Shown piece after piece: positions 1 to 9,112 of a DNA stretch of 64,000 nt (within the stretch, counting starts at the first letter, position 1; each line of letters opens with the position of its first letter). The translations under genes were made by a program, and so were the position numbers. The stretch is from the IMG/VR virus record IMGVR_UViG_3300031993_000054; one strand, written 5' to 3'. The notes under the pieces were generated by a model. The model was not told the DNA's origin. It saw only the letters and a program-made list of their open reading frames with translations, and made no database searches. This DNA is from an uncultured virus (IMG/VR IMGVR_UViG_3300031993_000054) (Duplodnaviria; Heunggongvirae; Uroviricota; Caudoviricetes).

Positions 1-207
1 GCCGAGTTCGTGGGCCAGGTCCATCCGGCGTTTCTCGGTTATGACCTTGTGGTCATCACGCTTAACCTTCTTAAACTTATTGGCAACCTCGCCGCTTTCG
101 CCACACAGGCCACCAACGCAATAATTTACATCATCCCACTGGGTGTCTCCTTCCTCGTGGTAGTTGGCCGTCTCTGCGGCCTTCATCTGATACTCATTCA
201 GTGTCAT
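1..207 (-). CDS. MazG-like nucleotide pyrophosphohydrolase (partial, runs off window start)
   Basis: Own translation MTLNEYQMKAAETANY...GLCGESGEVANKFKKVKRD...DLAHELG has the MazG GExGE...ELG pattern; ATGA overlap with upstream ORF. Confidence 0.8.
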   Translation of the reverse strand, partial: MTLNEYQMKAAETANYHEEGDTQWDDVNYCVGGLCGESGEVANKFKKVKRDDHKVITEKRRMDLAHELG

Positions 208-551
208 TCAGTTACGTATTTTTCAAAGTTAACATCCTTCCTACCTGCCGGTACGTCTCCGGTCTTCTTGCTCAACTCCTGCCGCATCAGGAAAAGCCTA
301 TCCATCGTCCGGCCTATCTCCTTCTTCAACTGCTCAGGCGTCATCGACTTCGGACTGTCCGTCTGCTTCTCCGGGCCTTTCAGAACCCGCACGACCCCAG
401 CCAGAAGCAACTCCTTCTCCAACTCCTCGTCCGTCCAGCGCCATCCGCCACGCTGCTTGTTCCGCAGCATGGCTTTCAGAGTCACCTCATCGCGTCCGAG
501 GGTCTTGAGAATCTCATCGGCGCTTCTCTGGGCCAGTTCTTCCGGTGTCAT
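204..551 (-). CDS. hypothetical protein
   Basis: 115-aa ORF, 4-bp overlaps with both neighbours. Confidence 0.6.
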   Translation of the reverse strand: MTPEELAQRSADEILKTLGRDEVTLKAMLRNKQRGGWRWTDEELEKELLLAGVVRVLKGPEKQTDSPKSMTPEQLKKEIGRTMDRLFLMRQELSKKTGDVPAGRKDVNFEKYVTE

Positions 552-736
552 TTCGTCTTCGCTGTTACCTGATACAGGCCATCACCGAGGCTCCGAACGT
601 CGAAGTCCACCTGCGGGAGGTCGATATTCTCCTTCCAGACCTCCTTCCATAACTTCTCTTTCAGTTCCTCGACGGCCTGTTGCTTGACGGCGGAAATCTC
701 CTTCTCACCACATGCTAATTTAGTCACCTGCATCAT
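548..736 (-). CDS. hypothetical protein
   Basis: Small ORF; ATG at 736 lies just downstream of a TATATTTG box (743-750). Confidence 0.55.
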   Translation of the reverse strand: MMQVTKLACGEKEISAVKQQAVEELKEKLWKEVWKENIDLPQVDFDVRSLGDGLYQVTAKTK

Positions 737-772
737 TGCTCGCAAATATACAATTATTTTTCCGATTTACTA

Positions 773-1285
773 TCAAATGTTGTGCCAAGGACCATCCTTT
801 TCCATCAAAAATCCTTCCAGGCCGGAGTTCCTCAGCGCCTCAACGTTATTCTTGCCGAAGGCAATCAGGCAACTTCCGCTCCCGGGGCTTCCCCCACGGG
901 TCCCGTCCGGCATATAGAACCGCACCCGGTGCCGCAGGAACAGGATGGCATCGCAGTTCGGGAGTATCGTGCCCTGGAACAGCCGGTTGTCCACCCTGGC
1001 GAAAGTCAGCATGATCCCGTTGCCGTGTTCCACCATCTTCTTCACGAACTGGTCGAGAAGAGGCTGGCTATACGGCGGGTTGAGCCACACCCTCGTTTCT
1101 ACCCCCCCCCATGCCATTTTTAGCCCATCATCATTCTTGTTGAATCCGTTCTTCGCCAGGCGCCACAGCAGCCTCACCGGCTCACACGGATCCAGGTCGA
1201 ACTCGCCGAGAGCCTCGACCAGTTCCTTCGGAGTGAACCATTCGTCACTCGCCTTTGTCTTCTGAAAACTTGTGTCCATATTCAC
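773..1285 (-). CDS. phage DNA N6-adenine methyltransferase (Dam-like)
   Basis: DEWFTP, FDLDPC and VWLNPPYS motifs. Confidence 0.88.
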   Translation of the reverse strand: MNMDTSFQKTKASDEWFTPKELVEALGEFDLDPCEPVRLLWRLAKNGFNKNDDGLKMAWGGVETRVWLNPPYSQPLLDQFVKKMVEHGNGIMLTFARVDNRLFQGTILPNCDAILFLRHRVRFYMPDGTRGGSPGSGSCLIAFGKNNVEALRNSGLEGFLMEKDGPWHNI

Positions 1286-1595
1286 TTTCCTTTGGTCTTA
1301 CCCACACTTTTTCGATTTTCGCAAACCCCTCATCATCCGGTTCCCCGACATCGTATCCGAGTTCATGGGTCGTCTCCAGGATGGGGTTTCCGTCCAGGTC
1401 CTTCATCTTCTCCGCCCGTGCGACTTCCCAGAACATCGCGCAGAACTGCTTCCACCGATACTCAGCCTCCTCCAGGCGCTTCTTCTGGCTCTCCGTCAGA
1501 TCCTGGAGACCGAAAGTCTCCTTGAGAAGGTCCACGTCGCACTCGGCCGTGACATTGAAGGATATATCCCTGTTTCTCCTTACCTCTATTTCCAT
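1245..1595 (-). CDS. hypothetical protein
   Basis: 116-aa ORF in operon. Confidence 0.55.
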   Translation of the reverse strand: MEIEVRRNRDISFNVTAECDVDLLKETFGLQDLTESQKKRLEEAEYRWKQFCAMFWEVARAEKMKDLDGNPILETTHELGYDVGEPDDEGFAKIEKVWVRPKESEYGHKFSEDKGE

Positions 1596-2299
1596 AATTT
1601 CGAGTATTTTTCAAGCCACTCCTTCTGATTCTCCAGCAGGCTATGCGTCCGGCCCCAACTGGCACTCGCGTAGTGCTCCATGTACTCCTCGATCCAGACC
1701 TCCATCCCCCTCAGTCCCTTCCGGTCGGCCTCACTCAGGACCCAGCAGCCGGTGTCATCATAGGCACCATCCTGGTCCGGTATGAGGTTCCAGCAGTGCT
1801 CGGCGTTGAAGTACCCGATGCCGTTCTCCCTCAGGACCGGGACGTTGAGCCAGCAGAGGAAGGGCCACAGCCTCGTCCGGTATCCGAGCGGCGTCTTGTA
1901 CTGGCGCCTCCAGCCGGACCAGGCGAACCGCCGGTCGGCCATCCAGGTCACGTCCTGCGTCAGCAGGATATCACTATCCATGAGGATGAACCCGTCCGGC
2001 AGCAGATCGAAGCAGTAGTCAATGGTCTTCGTGTGCCTGGCGCTTGCCCAGTCGTTCCTTCTGGTGCCTTCATCCCCGAACCGGTCCGGGTACTGAGCCA
2101 GGAACTTCCCGAAATCAATCAGTTGCCCTTTCGTGTTGTCAAAAATCCTGACCCCTTCCATCGGAGGGAAGGGCCTCTTATCCGAGTTGTCAAAGATATT
2201 CACCCGCACCTCTTTCCGGCACATCTTCCGGATGCTCCGGACCAGGGCGGTCGTCAACTCGGGTGTGTTGAAGTGAACTATAAGTACATCCAATACCAT
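1586..2299 (-). CDS. glycosyltransferase, GT-A fold / family 2-like
   Basis: N-terminal VLIVHFNTPELT...IFDNS and DxD motif (LMDSD). Confidence 0.7.
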   Translation of the reverse strand: MVLDVLIVHFNTPELTTALVRSIRKMCRKEVRVNIFDNSDKRPFPPMEGVRIFDNTKGQLIDFGKFLAQYPDRFGDEGTRRNDWASARHTKTIDYCFDLLPDGFILMDSDILLTQDVTWMADRRFAWSGWRRQYKTPLGYRTRLWPFLCWLNVPVLRENGIGYFNAEHCWNLIPDQDGAYDDTGCWVLSEADRKGLRGMEVWIEEYMEHYASASWGRTHSLLENQKEWLEKYSKLWK

Positions 2300-2733
2300 T
2301 TTCCGCTCTTTCCGTTATGTCTCTGGAGCGCGGCCCTGATGGCATGTGGGTCCAGGCCGGTGGCGGCCGCCGCGTCCTTCACTGTTACAAACCTCTGGAT
2401 CATCGTGCCGTCCACGTCGAACTGGCCGAAGGCGCACAGTCTCGATTTTGGTCCCCTTCTGCCTCCCACTTCCTTCTCATCTGACCACTCCAGGTTCTCG
2501 GCCCTGTTGTCGGTCCGGTCTCCATTCTTGTGGACCACGTACTTCCGTCCTTCCATGTTCGGGACGAAGGCCCGTGCGACGAGGTAGGCCACATACCGGC
2601 GTTCTCCGCCCATGGACACCCATTCCCCACGCACCGGCGTCAGTGCCATGCCGTTGCTGAGGACGGTGCCGTCTTCCCGGACGGAGTACCGGCAGTCCAG
2701 TTTCTTCTCCCGGATTCTCTCAAGCCCCAACAT
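2278..2733 (-). CDS. HNH endonuclease with C-terminal NUMOD1-like DNA-binding domain
   Basis: LVARAFVPN...VVHKNGDRTDNRAENLEW; QFDVDG...FVTVKDAAAATG. Confidence 0.8.
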   Translation of the reverse strand: MLGLERIREKKLDCRYSVREDGTVLSNGMALTPVRGEWVSMGGERRYVAYLVARAFVPNMEGRKYVVHKNGDRTDNRAENLEWSDEKEVGGRRGPKSRLCAFGQFDVDGTMIQRFVTVKDAAAATGLDPHAIRAALQRHNGKSGKWYWMYL

Positions 2734-2884
2734 GACTCACGAGCATCGGGAGGTTGTCATAGTCCTCTACAATATAGTCCCCGCCAATGCGGAGACCGAT
2801 GTGGCTCTGAGTGAGAGCGTCGATGACAGCCTTTTTGCCATCGTATGTGAGGATTTGCCCCAGGTGAAATTTGGTCTTATCCAT
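2720..2884 (-). CDS. hypothetical protein
   Basis: MDKTKFHLGQ...; start at 2884 avoids overlap with the exonuclease. Confidence 0.5.
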   Translation of the reverse strand: MDKTKFHLGQILTYDGKKAVIDALTQSHIGLRIGGDYIVEDYDNLPMLVSHVGA

Positions 2885-2904
2885 GTTACTACCAATTAGT
2901 TGCG

Positions 2905-3477
2905 TTAAATAATCCCCTTCTCGCGGAGCGCCCAGAAGCACTCGGCCGTAGCCGAAATGTCGGCCATACTGTTGTGCGCATCCTCGAACTCCCGTCCGAA
3001 GAGTTTCTGGTACAACTCCATCAGTTTGGGCCACTTGTATCTACCATAGGCCCCCTCGATAGCGCAGAAGTCCACGCTACTCTTCATGGTGTCGAAGGTC
3101 TTCATCCCGAAGATGTAGTCCTTGTTCCAGATCCGGACGAACTCGGCGCCGACGACATGGGTATCGAAGGTGACGTTGTGTCCGACGAGGCAGTCGGCGC
3201 ACCTGGCCGCCCCGAGGAAGTAGTAGATGGCCTCCTTGACTCCGATGCCTTCCTTCAAAGCGCGTTCGGTGGTGATGCCATGCACGTTGCTGGCCTCTTC
3301 CGGGATGGTGAATCCGTCCGGGCGTATAACGAAGTCAGCCCTGGAGATCTCTTTCCGTTCGTCGGTGAGTATCCAGGACAGTTGCACGAGTCTGGGCCAG
3401 TTATTCACATCCGTGGTAGGTGCCGAGAAATTCTTGGGCAGGCCGGTGGTTTCTGTGTCGAAAAAGCAGTATCTCAT
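2905..3477 (-). CDS. DEDDh 3'-5' exonuclease (DnaQ/Pol III epsilon-like)
   Basis: FFDTETTG, VGHNVTFD and AHNSMAD motifs. Confidence 0.92.
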   Translation of the reverse strand: MRYCFFDTETTGLPKNFSAPTTDVNNWPRLVQLSWILTDERKEISRADFVIRPDGFTIPEEASNVHGITTERALKEGIGVKEAIYYFLGAARCADCLVGHNVTFDTHVVGAEFVRIWNKDYIFGMKTFDTMKSSVDFCAIEGAYGRYKWPKLMELYQKLFGREFEDAHNSMADISATAECFWALREKGII

Positions 3478-3478
3478 A

Positions 3479-3802
3479 TCAAAAATCTTTGACGGTGCTT
3501 GCTTTCAAATACCATGCCAAAGTGATATCCTTCATGCCATCAATTTCGCTTTTCTGGATTTTCCGGAGTGACTGGCCCATCGTGACGAACTTCCGGCATC
3601 TTCCTTCCCGGACGACGACGAACCATTCCTTTGTCTTCTTATCGCGCACCGCGTACACGCGGGACGCATACCTGAGGTCCGGATCTGCTTCTCTGAGTCT
3701 TCTGGACACTGTTGCGGTGGACACGCCGAGGGCGTTCGCTGCCTCTTCCAGGGTATCCCATACCCCGGGTGCGCTCATTCTGACTATTACTTGCTTTGCC
3801 AT
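3479..3802 (-). CDS. putative helix-turn-helix DNA-binding protein
   Basis: TLEEAANALGVSTATVSRRL. Confidence 0.65.
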   Translation of the reverse strand: MAKQVIVRMSAPGVWDTLEEAANALGVSTATVSRRLREADPDLRYASRVYAVRDKKTKEWFVVVREGRCRKFVTMGQSLRKIQKSEIDGMKDITLAWYLKASTVKDF

Positions 3803-4201
3803 GTGGATAAAATTTGTCCAAAACCGCCAGCAAATATCGGGCCAAAAATCGGGATTTCCAAGGCCGGATGGACGTGACCGAGGCGAAATCGACCCGAAAA
3901 TGTAGTTTCCGTACCTATTTCGTATAAGAATACATCGGCTAACGTGCTGAAAATCAATGGCCGTTAAGGCCCGATGAAAAAATGCTAAAAATTCCCCTAT
4001 ATATACTCCATAATTCGTACAGCAGCACCCCCTCTTAACTTACTACTGTTTCCTTATTTGTTTATAACTACATTTTTTCATCAGAGAGTGTAAAGTATTG
4101 TAAATAAGATATGTAAAGGGCGGGGTAGGTGATGTAGTTTCAAGCAACCTGGGAAAATACATTCATCGTGCTGATTTTGGCACAAAATGGGGGCTTTGTA
4201 G

Positions 4202-4217
4202 TGCAAAGACCGTGCCA
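4202..4217 (-). promoter_or_regulatory. sigma54-type -24/-12 promoter (leftward)
   Basis: TGGCAC-GGTCT-TTGCA matches TGGCAC-N5-TTGCW. Confidence 0.65.
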
Positions 4218-4290
4218 GGCTGTGAAAAAAAATAAAAAAAATAAGTGATGGTCCCACATAGGTCGCCCTCGGTTTTGGCTCAAAACCCCC

Positions 4291-4516
4291 GTAACCCCTT
4301 GAAAATCAATTAGTTGCGCTTTTGTGGCGGTCGTACCTATTTTTTAACGCCCTTTGTAACTCATTGATTATCAATAAGTTACGAGTTTTTAAAATTTTTT
4401 AAAATCGACTGCCATTTTGTCAGGTTTCTGCCATTCTGTCAGTTCTCTGCCATTTTGTCAGTCCATGCCAAAAATGCCGTGCCAAACTTGTAACTGCTTG
4501 TATATCAATAAGTTAC
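4291..4516. repeat. three 27-bp imperfect palindromes GTAAC-N3-TTG..TCAA-N3-GTTRC
   Basis: Copies at 4291-4317, 4356-4382 and 4490-4516. Confidence 0.7.
4409..4461. repeat. three direct repeats CTGCCATTYTGTCAG, 19-bp period
   Basis: Copies at 4409-4423, 4428-4442 and 4447-4461. Confidence 0.9.
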
Positions 4517-4543
4517 AACTTTTTTCGCTGGTTGTGCCGTTTT

Positions 4544-4559
4544 TGGCACGGGGTTTGCT
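4544..4559 (+). promoter_or_regulatory. sigma54-type -24/-12 promoter (rightward)
   Basis: TGGCAC-GGGGT-TTGCT. Confidence 0.7.
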
Positions 4560-4569
4560 CTTATAGGGG

Positions 4570-5105
4570 TGACGGCGGGGGAGTTCTGAGGGTGCAAGGG
4601 GGGCCGGGTCTGAGAGGCCCCCACGGAGGGAACCCCTACGGGGTTGATGCCGTTCTAATAGTTCATTGAAAAGGCTGAACGTGTCCGCTTGGAAAGGGTG
4701 ATACCTGGTTGTGAGGCGAACTGTACCCGAATGGGTCGAGCGAAATGCTCTTTTGCTCTTGGACGTCGTGAGACGTCGGGAGGCGGTTTCTTGCATCGTG
4801 GGAAGTCAGCGCATCCGGAACAAGGTGAACGGCACAAAAGACGTCGGGACGACGTGGGCGGAACCCATACCGCCAAAACAAGGTGAACGGACGACAAACG
4901 ACCCCCAGCGGACCCGGAGGGAGGGGGGCGACGTGTCGAAAAACGGAACAATTTGAACGACTACCGGACCCCGTAAGGGGTCAATCTGAACGGCTTACGA
5001 CGTGCAAAATCGTTAAGACAGCCCCCCGAACGGCTAACGGGGAGAGAAAGGGATGCACGTGAACGGCTTTTGTCTGGACGGGTTCGACTCCCGGAGGGAC
5101 AACCA
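4570..5105 (+). ncRNA. candidate long structured RNA/leader with tRNA-like 3' end
   Basis: No convincing ORF, GC-rich hairpins, repeated GAACG, ends CGGG-TTCGACT-CCCG-G-AGGGACA-A-CCA. Confidence 0.4.
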
Positions 5106-5149
5106 AGCAAACAAATTCAATTTATTAACTCATTAAAAATCAATCAATT

Positions 5150-5503
5150 ATGGCACACATTAAATTTACCTCCGCTTCCGTTAAGGACTTCAAAAAATTC
5201 ATTAACCAAGAGCACAAAAGCCTCTCTTCCTGCCTGCGCACGCTCAAGGAGAACTGGGCAAAATCCGAACTGCAAAAGGTTGCACGTAAGGACGGACTGG
5301 GTTTCAAGGATTTGAACCCGGCCTATATGGTGCAATGGCTTGAGGGTTCCAACTATTGCCAGCAGGGCGTATTGGGTCGCATGGTGAAGAACGCGGAAAC
5401 GGGTGAAAAGGAGTTCCGCGCTTGGGAGACTTGGACCCCCGGCCGCGTCCTCGACTACGTTCGTAGGGCCAGCGCTGCCCATTGGAAGGCTCTGAACAAG
5501 TAA
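5150..5503 (+). CDS. hypothetical protein (first early gene)
   Basis: 117-aa ORF with AT-rich leader. Confidence 0.7.
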   Translation: MAHIKFTSASVKDFKKFINQEHKSLSSCLRTLKENWAKSELQKVARKDGLGFKDLNPAYMVQWLEGSNYCQQGVLGRMVKNAETGEKEFRAWETWTPGRVLDYVRRASAAHWKALNK

Positions 5504-5591
5504 ACCGACTAAGCGGTGTAAAATAGGCTTTAGGCTTAGTGCGTGCTCCGGGGGCATGATGTGCCCGGGGCGGTAGCAATTATGTACAATT

Positions 5592-5756
5592 ATGAGCAAG
5601 ACTTACACACAATTTGACTGGGCCTGTGACCGGAGTGCACGGGAGCAGTGGGCGGACGAAGAAGAGCGCCTTTTGAACGAGATTGACGGACGGATGCGGA
5701 GGAGGGACAAACGGCAGAAACGGATGAACCACAAGAACGGGAGGGCCTGGGCATGA
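5592..5756 (+). CDS. hypothetical protein
   Basis: Own translation MSKTYTQFDW...GRAWA; ATGA overlap with next gene. Confidence 0.55.
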   Translation: MSKTYTQFDWACDRSAREQWADEEERLLNEIDGRMRRRDKRQKRMNHKNGRAWA

Positions 5757-5944
5757 TCTGCACGACTGTTAAGGCGGTGAAGAAGGGCGACTATTTCCGC
5801 CTATCGAACAACGAGAGCGCTCCGCTGTGGGTGCGTGGGTACTATTACGCCCCGGACAAGGTGTACGAGTGCTACAAGTACGACGACGTGAACCATGAAG
5901 GATTTTTCAAGGGGACGCGGAAAGTATGGATTGACGAACAATAA
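5753..5944 (+). CDS. hypothetical protein
   Basis: 63-aa ORF, coupled. Confidence 0.6.
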   Translation: MICTTVKAVKKGDYFRLSNNESAPLWVRGYYYAPDKVYECYKYDDVNHEGFFKGTRKVWIDEQ

Positions 5945-5956
5945 AACCGAATAGCA

Positions 5957-6151
5957 ATGAAAGAAATTATTGGTGCCCTGCTGCTCTGGGTGAGCGGAGG
6001 GCGAATCGTGACCAAGGCGGCCAGGGTCGAAATGAAGAAGGCCGAAGAGCGACGTGCCCGTAGGATTGAGCACATGCAGAACCGCTTGAATGATGACCAC
6101 TGGACCCGTTTGGGCTGGAAGGTCGAGGGCGGCCGAGTAATCGAACGTTAA
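5957..6151 (+). CDS. hypothetical protein
   Basis: 64-aa ORF in operon. Confidence 0.55.
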   Translation: MKEIIGALLLWVSGGRIVTKAARVEMKKAEERRARRIEHMQNRLNDDHWTRLGWKVEGGRVIER

Positions 6152-6172
6152 ACCCATAAAACCACAAGTAAT

Positions 6173-6352
6173 ATGAAAAAGTATGTAGTTATCAGAGTGT
6201 TGAACTATGTCGGACCGAGCGTCATTTTCTCCTGCGACGAGAAGAAGGACGCAGACACTTACGCAGAAATCATGAGCAGGCAGGATGGGTACGAGTATGT
6301 TGTGGCTGAGAGCCTGTCGAGGTATCAGCAGAAAACGGAGGAGGGCAAGTGA
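6173..6352 (+). CDS. hypothetical protein
   Basis: Own translation MKKYVVIRVL...EEGK; TGATG overlap with next gene. Confidence 0.55.
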   Translation: MKKYVVIRVLNYVGPSVIFSCDEKKDADTYAEIMSRQDGYEYVVAESLSRYQQKTEEGK

Positions 6353-6879
6353 TGGAATACGTAAAGCAGCACAACATCTGCCTGAGCGAAGTCTTCGAGA
6401 GCAAGCAGGCACTGGATGCGCATGAGATTGAGTGCGCAAGGTATCGGAGCGAATTTGAGACCATCAAAGCGGCACTGAGGGCGCAGACTCTCCCTGCCCG
6501 TGGTAAGTTCGGTTCGTTCGTACCTTATCAGCAGTGGGTAAGGCTGGACGCCTTGAACACGACTGACTGGCCCCACGGGATTGCCGAGAACTCGATTTAC
6601 ATCGACTTCAAAATCAACATGAAGGAGAGCAAGTTCGAGGTATCGAGTTGCGGCCACATCTATCTGAGCGAGGCCGACCAGAAGGCATCGTATCTCTGCA
6701 TGTGCTCGATGCGCAATGCGGTCGAGAAGATGGGCGGCAAGTGGATGCGCAAGAGCAAGTTCAAGGATGCCGAGGACCTGGCCAAGAAGATCCGCGACTT
6801 TTGGACGCAGGCCATCGAGTGCGTGAAGCAGGCGACCGGAGGTTATCCGTACAAACAAATGATAGTAAACATCTACTGA
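6352..6879 (+). CDS. hypothetical protein
   Basis: 175-aa ORF, phage-like codon usage. Confidence 0.7.
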   Translation: MEYVKQHNICLSEVFESKQALDAHEIECARYRSEFETIKAALRAQTLPARGKFGSFVPYQQWVRLDALNTTDWPHGIAENSIYIDFKINMKESKFEVSSCGHIYLSEADQKASYLCMCSMRNAVEKMGGKWMRKSKFKDAEDLAKKIRDFWTQAIECVKQATGGYPYKQMIVNIY

Positions 6880-6880
6880 C

Positions 6881-7192
6881 ATGGAAACGAAAGAAATCAA
6901 GGCGGTATTCGACCGCACGTTCAATGGGATGCCGAATCCCATCTTCTGCCATCCGGTGAGGTACTTCGAGCATAACGGGTACTTGTGTGAGGTGGCCAAT
7001 TCAGCATCATCCGCAGAGGTGGCGCGAGAGGTGAGCATGAACCTGCACAAGACACCGCTCGCGATGTTCGGGATGATGTTCGGGGACTGTGGCGCCTGGC
7101 TCACTGTGCTGACGATGGACGGGGAGAAGACGAGCCTTGGCGGTCACTTCGATACCGAGGAGGAACTGAACCAACTGCTTGAGAAGTTATGA
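6881..7192 (+). CDS. hypothetical protein
   Basis: 103-aa coupled ORF. Confidence 0.65.
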   Translation: METKEIKAVFDRTFNGMPNPIFCHPVRYFEHNGYLCEVANSASSAEVAREVSMNLHKTPLAMFGMMFGDCGAWLTVLTMDGEKTSLGGHFDTEEELNQLLEKL

Positions 7193-7497
7193 ACCGGGAC
7201 GATTTGAAGATGTACTCACCGGAGCGGTGGTACTTCAACCAGTACGAGAACGGACGTCTTATATCGTCCCTTGGGTTCAAGACGAAACCGCTGGCCGAGT
7301 CCTTTGCTCGCTCAGTCGAGAAGGAAGTGGAGAGTTCGATAAGGAGTGGGGCGAAGCGCAGGCCCGGGATAACCGAGAGAGTGGAGGAGGCGAAGGGCTG
7401 GAGCGTGGATGGGAAGGAGTTCAGCGACTTCCACGAGGCGCTGTGGTACATGTGGACCGAGAAACCAAACGCAAGAATCAAAGGAGTTTTCAAATGA
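7189..7497 (+). CDS. hypothetical protein
   Basis: 102-aa ORF, ATGA overlaps. Confidence 0.65.
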   Translation: MNRDDLKMYSPERWYFNQYENGRLISSLGFKTKPLAESFARSVEKEVESSIRSGAKRRPGITERVEEAKGWSVDGKEFSDFHEALWYMWTEKPNARIKGVFK

Positions 7498-7682
7498 CGA
7501 AGATTTACGACCGGAGCAGGTTCGACGAGATAGACGCGGACCTGCTCAAACTCCACAACAAATTTGTAGAGTGGAGGGATGTGCAGACGAACCCGGAGGC
7601 ACTGGCCCGTTTGGGTGAGGTAAGCGAGAACATTACGATAGCCAGGATGCAGTTGTCAAGACTGAAAAACGAAAGTGAGTAA
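7494..7682 (+). CDS. hypothetical protein
   Basis: MTKIYDRS...; ATGA overlap. Confidence 0.6.
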   Translation: MTKIYDRSRFDEIDADLLKLHNKFVEWRDVQTNPEALARLGEVSENITIARMQLSRLKNESE

Positions 7683-7684
7683 CC

Positions 7685-8059
7685 ATGATCATCGAGAAAC
7701 TATCCGGAGGGTGGCGCATCACCATCCCCGAGACGGACAACAATTCAGAGTTTGTCTATGAGATGCCGATAGTGCAGGACGGCCCGGAGCACATCCGCAA
7801 GGAGCAGCAGCGCTTGGCCCGTCAGTGCGCTATCCGTGGGTTCTCAATGGAGAACTTCTTCAAGACGCTTCCCCACGACTGGGACGAGTATTGGAAGCAC
7901 CACAAGGAAAACCCGTTTGACATCTGGTCGAAGGTGCACGGGATGGACTGGAATGAGTGGTTCCACGACGAGATGAACATGATGAAGGAGGACGCCTGGG
8001 CATTGATGCGCGAGTATCACCTTTGGCACTTCGATACTTATGGATGGACGGCATTATGA
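7685..8059 (+). CDS. hypothetical protein
   Basis: 124-aa Trp-rich ORF. Confidence 0.65.
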   Translation: MIIEKLSGGWRITIPETDNNSEFVYEMPIVQDGPEHIRKEQQRLARQCAIRGFSMENFFKTLPHDWDEYWKHHKENPFDIWSKVHGMDWNEWFHDEMNMMKEDAWALMREYHLWHFDTYGWTAL

Positions 8060-8250
8060 ACCAGGTGATAGACGAATTGAGGGAGCGCCGGCTGGCGGCC
8101 GGTGTTTCCATCGGAGAGATTGCCCGTAGGATGGGCACGGACCGCGCAAGGATCAGTGAGATAGAGAACGGGAGGGGCGGTCTGACTTTGAAAAGGTTGT
8201 ACCAGTACGCGGAAGCGCTGGGGTTGAGTGTAACAATTAACTTCAAGTAA
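8056..8250 (+). CDS. XRE-family HTH protein
   Basis: LRERRLAAGVSIGEIARRMGTDRARISEIENG...YAEALGL. Confidence 0.85.
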   Translation: MNQVIDELRERRLAAGVSIGEIARRMGTDRARISEIENGRGGLTLKRLYQYAEALGLSVTINFK

Positions 8251-8253
8251 ATC

Positions 8254-8541
8254 ATGAACGCAGCAGAAAAACTTAGGAGCGAAATGCTAAATGGTGGCGT
8301 GGTTGATAAGGCCAAGGTGCTTGCCACCGTCACGAATGGCATCAAGGAAAACGGATACTGCCTCGTGTGGGAGCCGTACAACTGCCCAAGCAAGATTAAG
8401 TACGGGGATTGCAACATCGAGATTTCAACACTGGCCGAGATGACCGCCATCAAGGAGATATGCAGGGCCGAAGGGTTCCACATCAAGCCCGCCTATCATC
8501 CGGTCAGTGGTCGAGCCTACGGATACGAAGTAAGCCTGTGA
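8254..8541 (+). CDS. hypothetical protein
   Basis: 95-aa ORF in operon. Confidence 0.6.
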   Translation: MNAAEKLRSEMLNGGVVDKAKVLATVTNGIKENGYCLVWEPYNCPSKIKYGDCNIEISTLAEMTAIKEICRAEGFHIKPAYHPVSGRAYGYEVSL

Positions 8542-8544
8542 GCC

Positions 8545-8895
8545 ATGACAAACGTTGAGACAATCAAGGATTTGATTATCCGCTTCGGTGAGCCTTGGAA
8601 TGAGCACCACCGGGATGACCTGGGCATCGAGTATGCCGAGCGCATCATCAGCATGTACGACCGCGAGGGACTGACGTACTACATGAGCAAGGCCCGTGAG
8701 TGGGTATCCGTCCAGACCATCTTCATCGACCTCGATGGGACCGTGATGGTGTCCTGCTTCTCGAATATCACCGAGCAGAGCAATGAGGATTGGATGGATG
8801 GGGCCGACTTCTGCATTGACAAGTTCGATGACTTCGATTTGTCTGAGCAAGTATGTATCATCAGCGAAATCAAGAAGAGTTATGGACAGCATTAA
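8545..8895 (+). CDS. hypothetical protein
   Basis: 116-aa ORF in operon. Confidence 0.6.
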   Translation: MTNVETIKDLIIRFGEPWNEHHRDDLGIEYAERIISMYDREGLTYYMSKAREWVSVQTIFIDLDGTVMVSCFSNITEQSNEDWMDGADFCIDKFDDFDLSEQVCIISEIKKSYGQH

Positions 8896-9112
8896 GGAAG
8901 TGGCGCGTTACTGCGCCGAGAATATCGAGGACTGGGACGTTAAGAGCGAACTGGCCCTGCGGCACATCGGTCGGCACATGCCGATTGACTACGGATTCCG
9001 TGACGAGATCATGGATAAGGTCCAGGAGTGGTGTGATGACAATGAGGTGAGCCTGGACTTCTTCGACGATAGCGAGGAGATTGCTGAGGAAATTTTAATG
9101 ACTGAGATATGA
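8882..9112 (+). CDS. hypothetical acidic protein
   Basis: MDSIKEVARY...; coupled. Confidence 0.6.
   Translation: MDSIKEVARYCAENIEDWDVKSELALRHIGRHMPIDYGFRDEIMDKVQEWCDDNEVSLDFFDDSEEIAEEILMTEI

Noticed and set aside
2278..2733. HNH gene as part of a self-splicing intron
   Set aside because: Flanking genes appear intact and distinct; no intron-like non-coding flanks.
4409..4461. Possible CRISPR array
   Set aside because: 15-bp repeats with 4-bp gaps, no spacer-length unique sequence, no cas genes.
5030..5105. Canonical tRNA or tmRNA gene
   Set aside because: T-arm and CCA are present, but I could not build D/anticodon arms or an alanine acceptor stem; kept only as a tRNA-like end.
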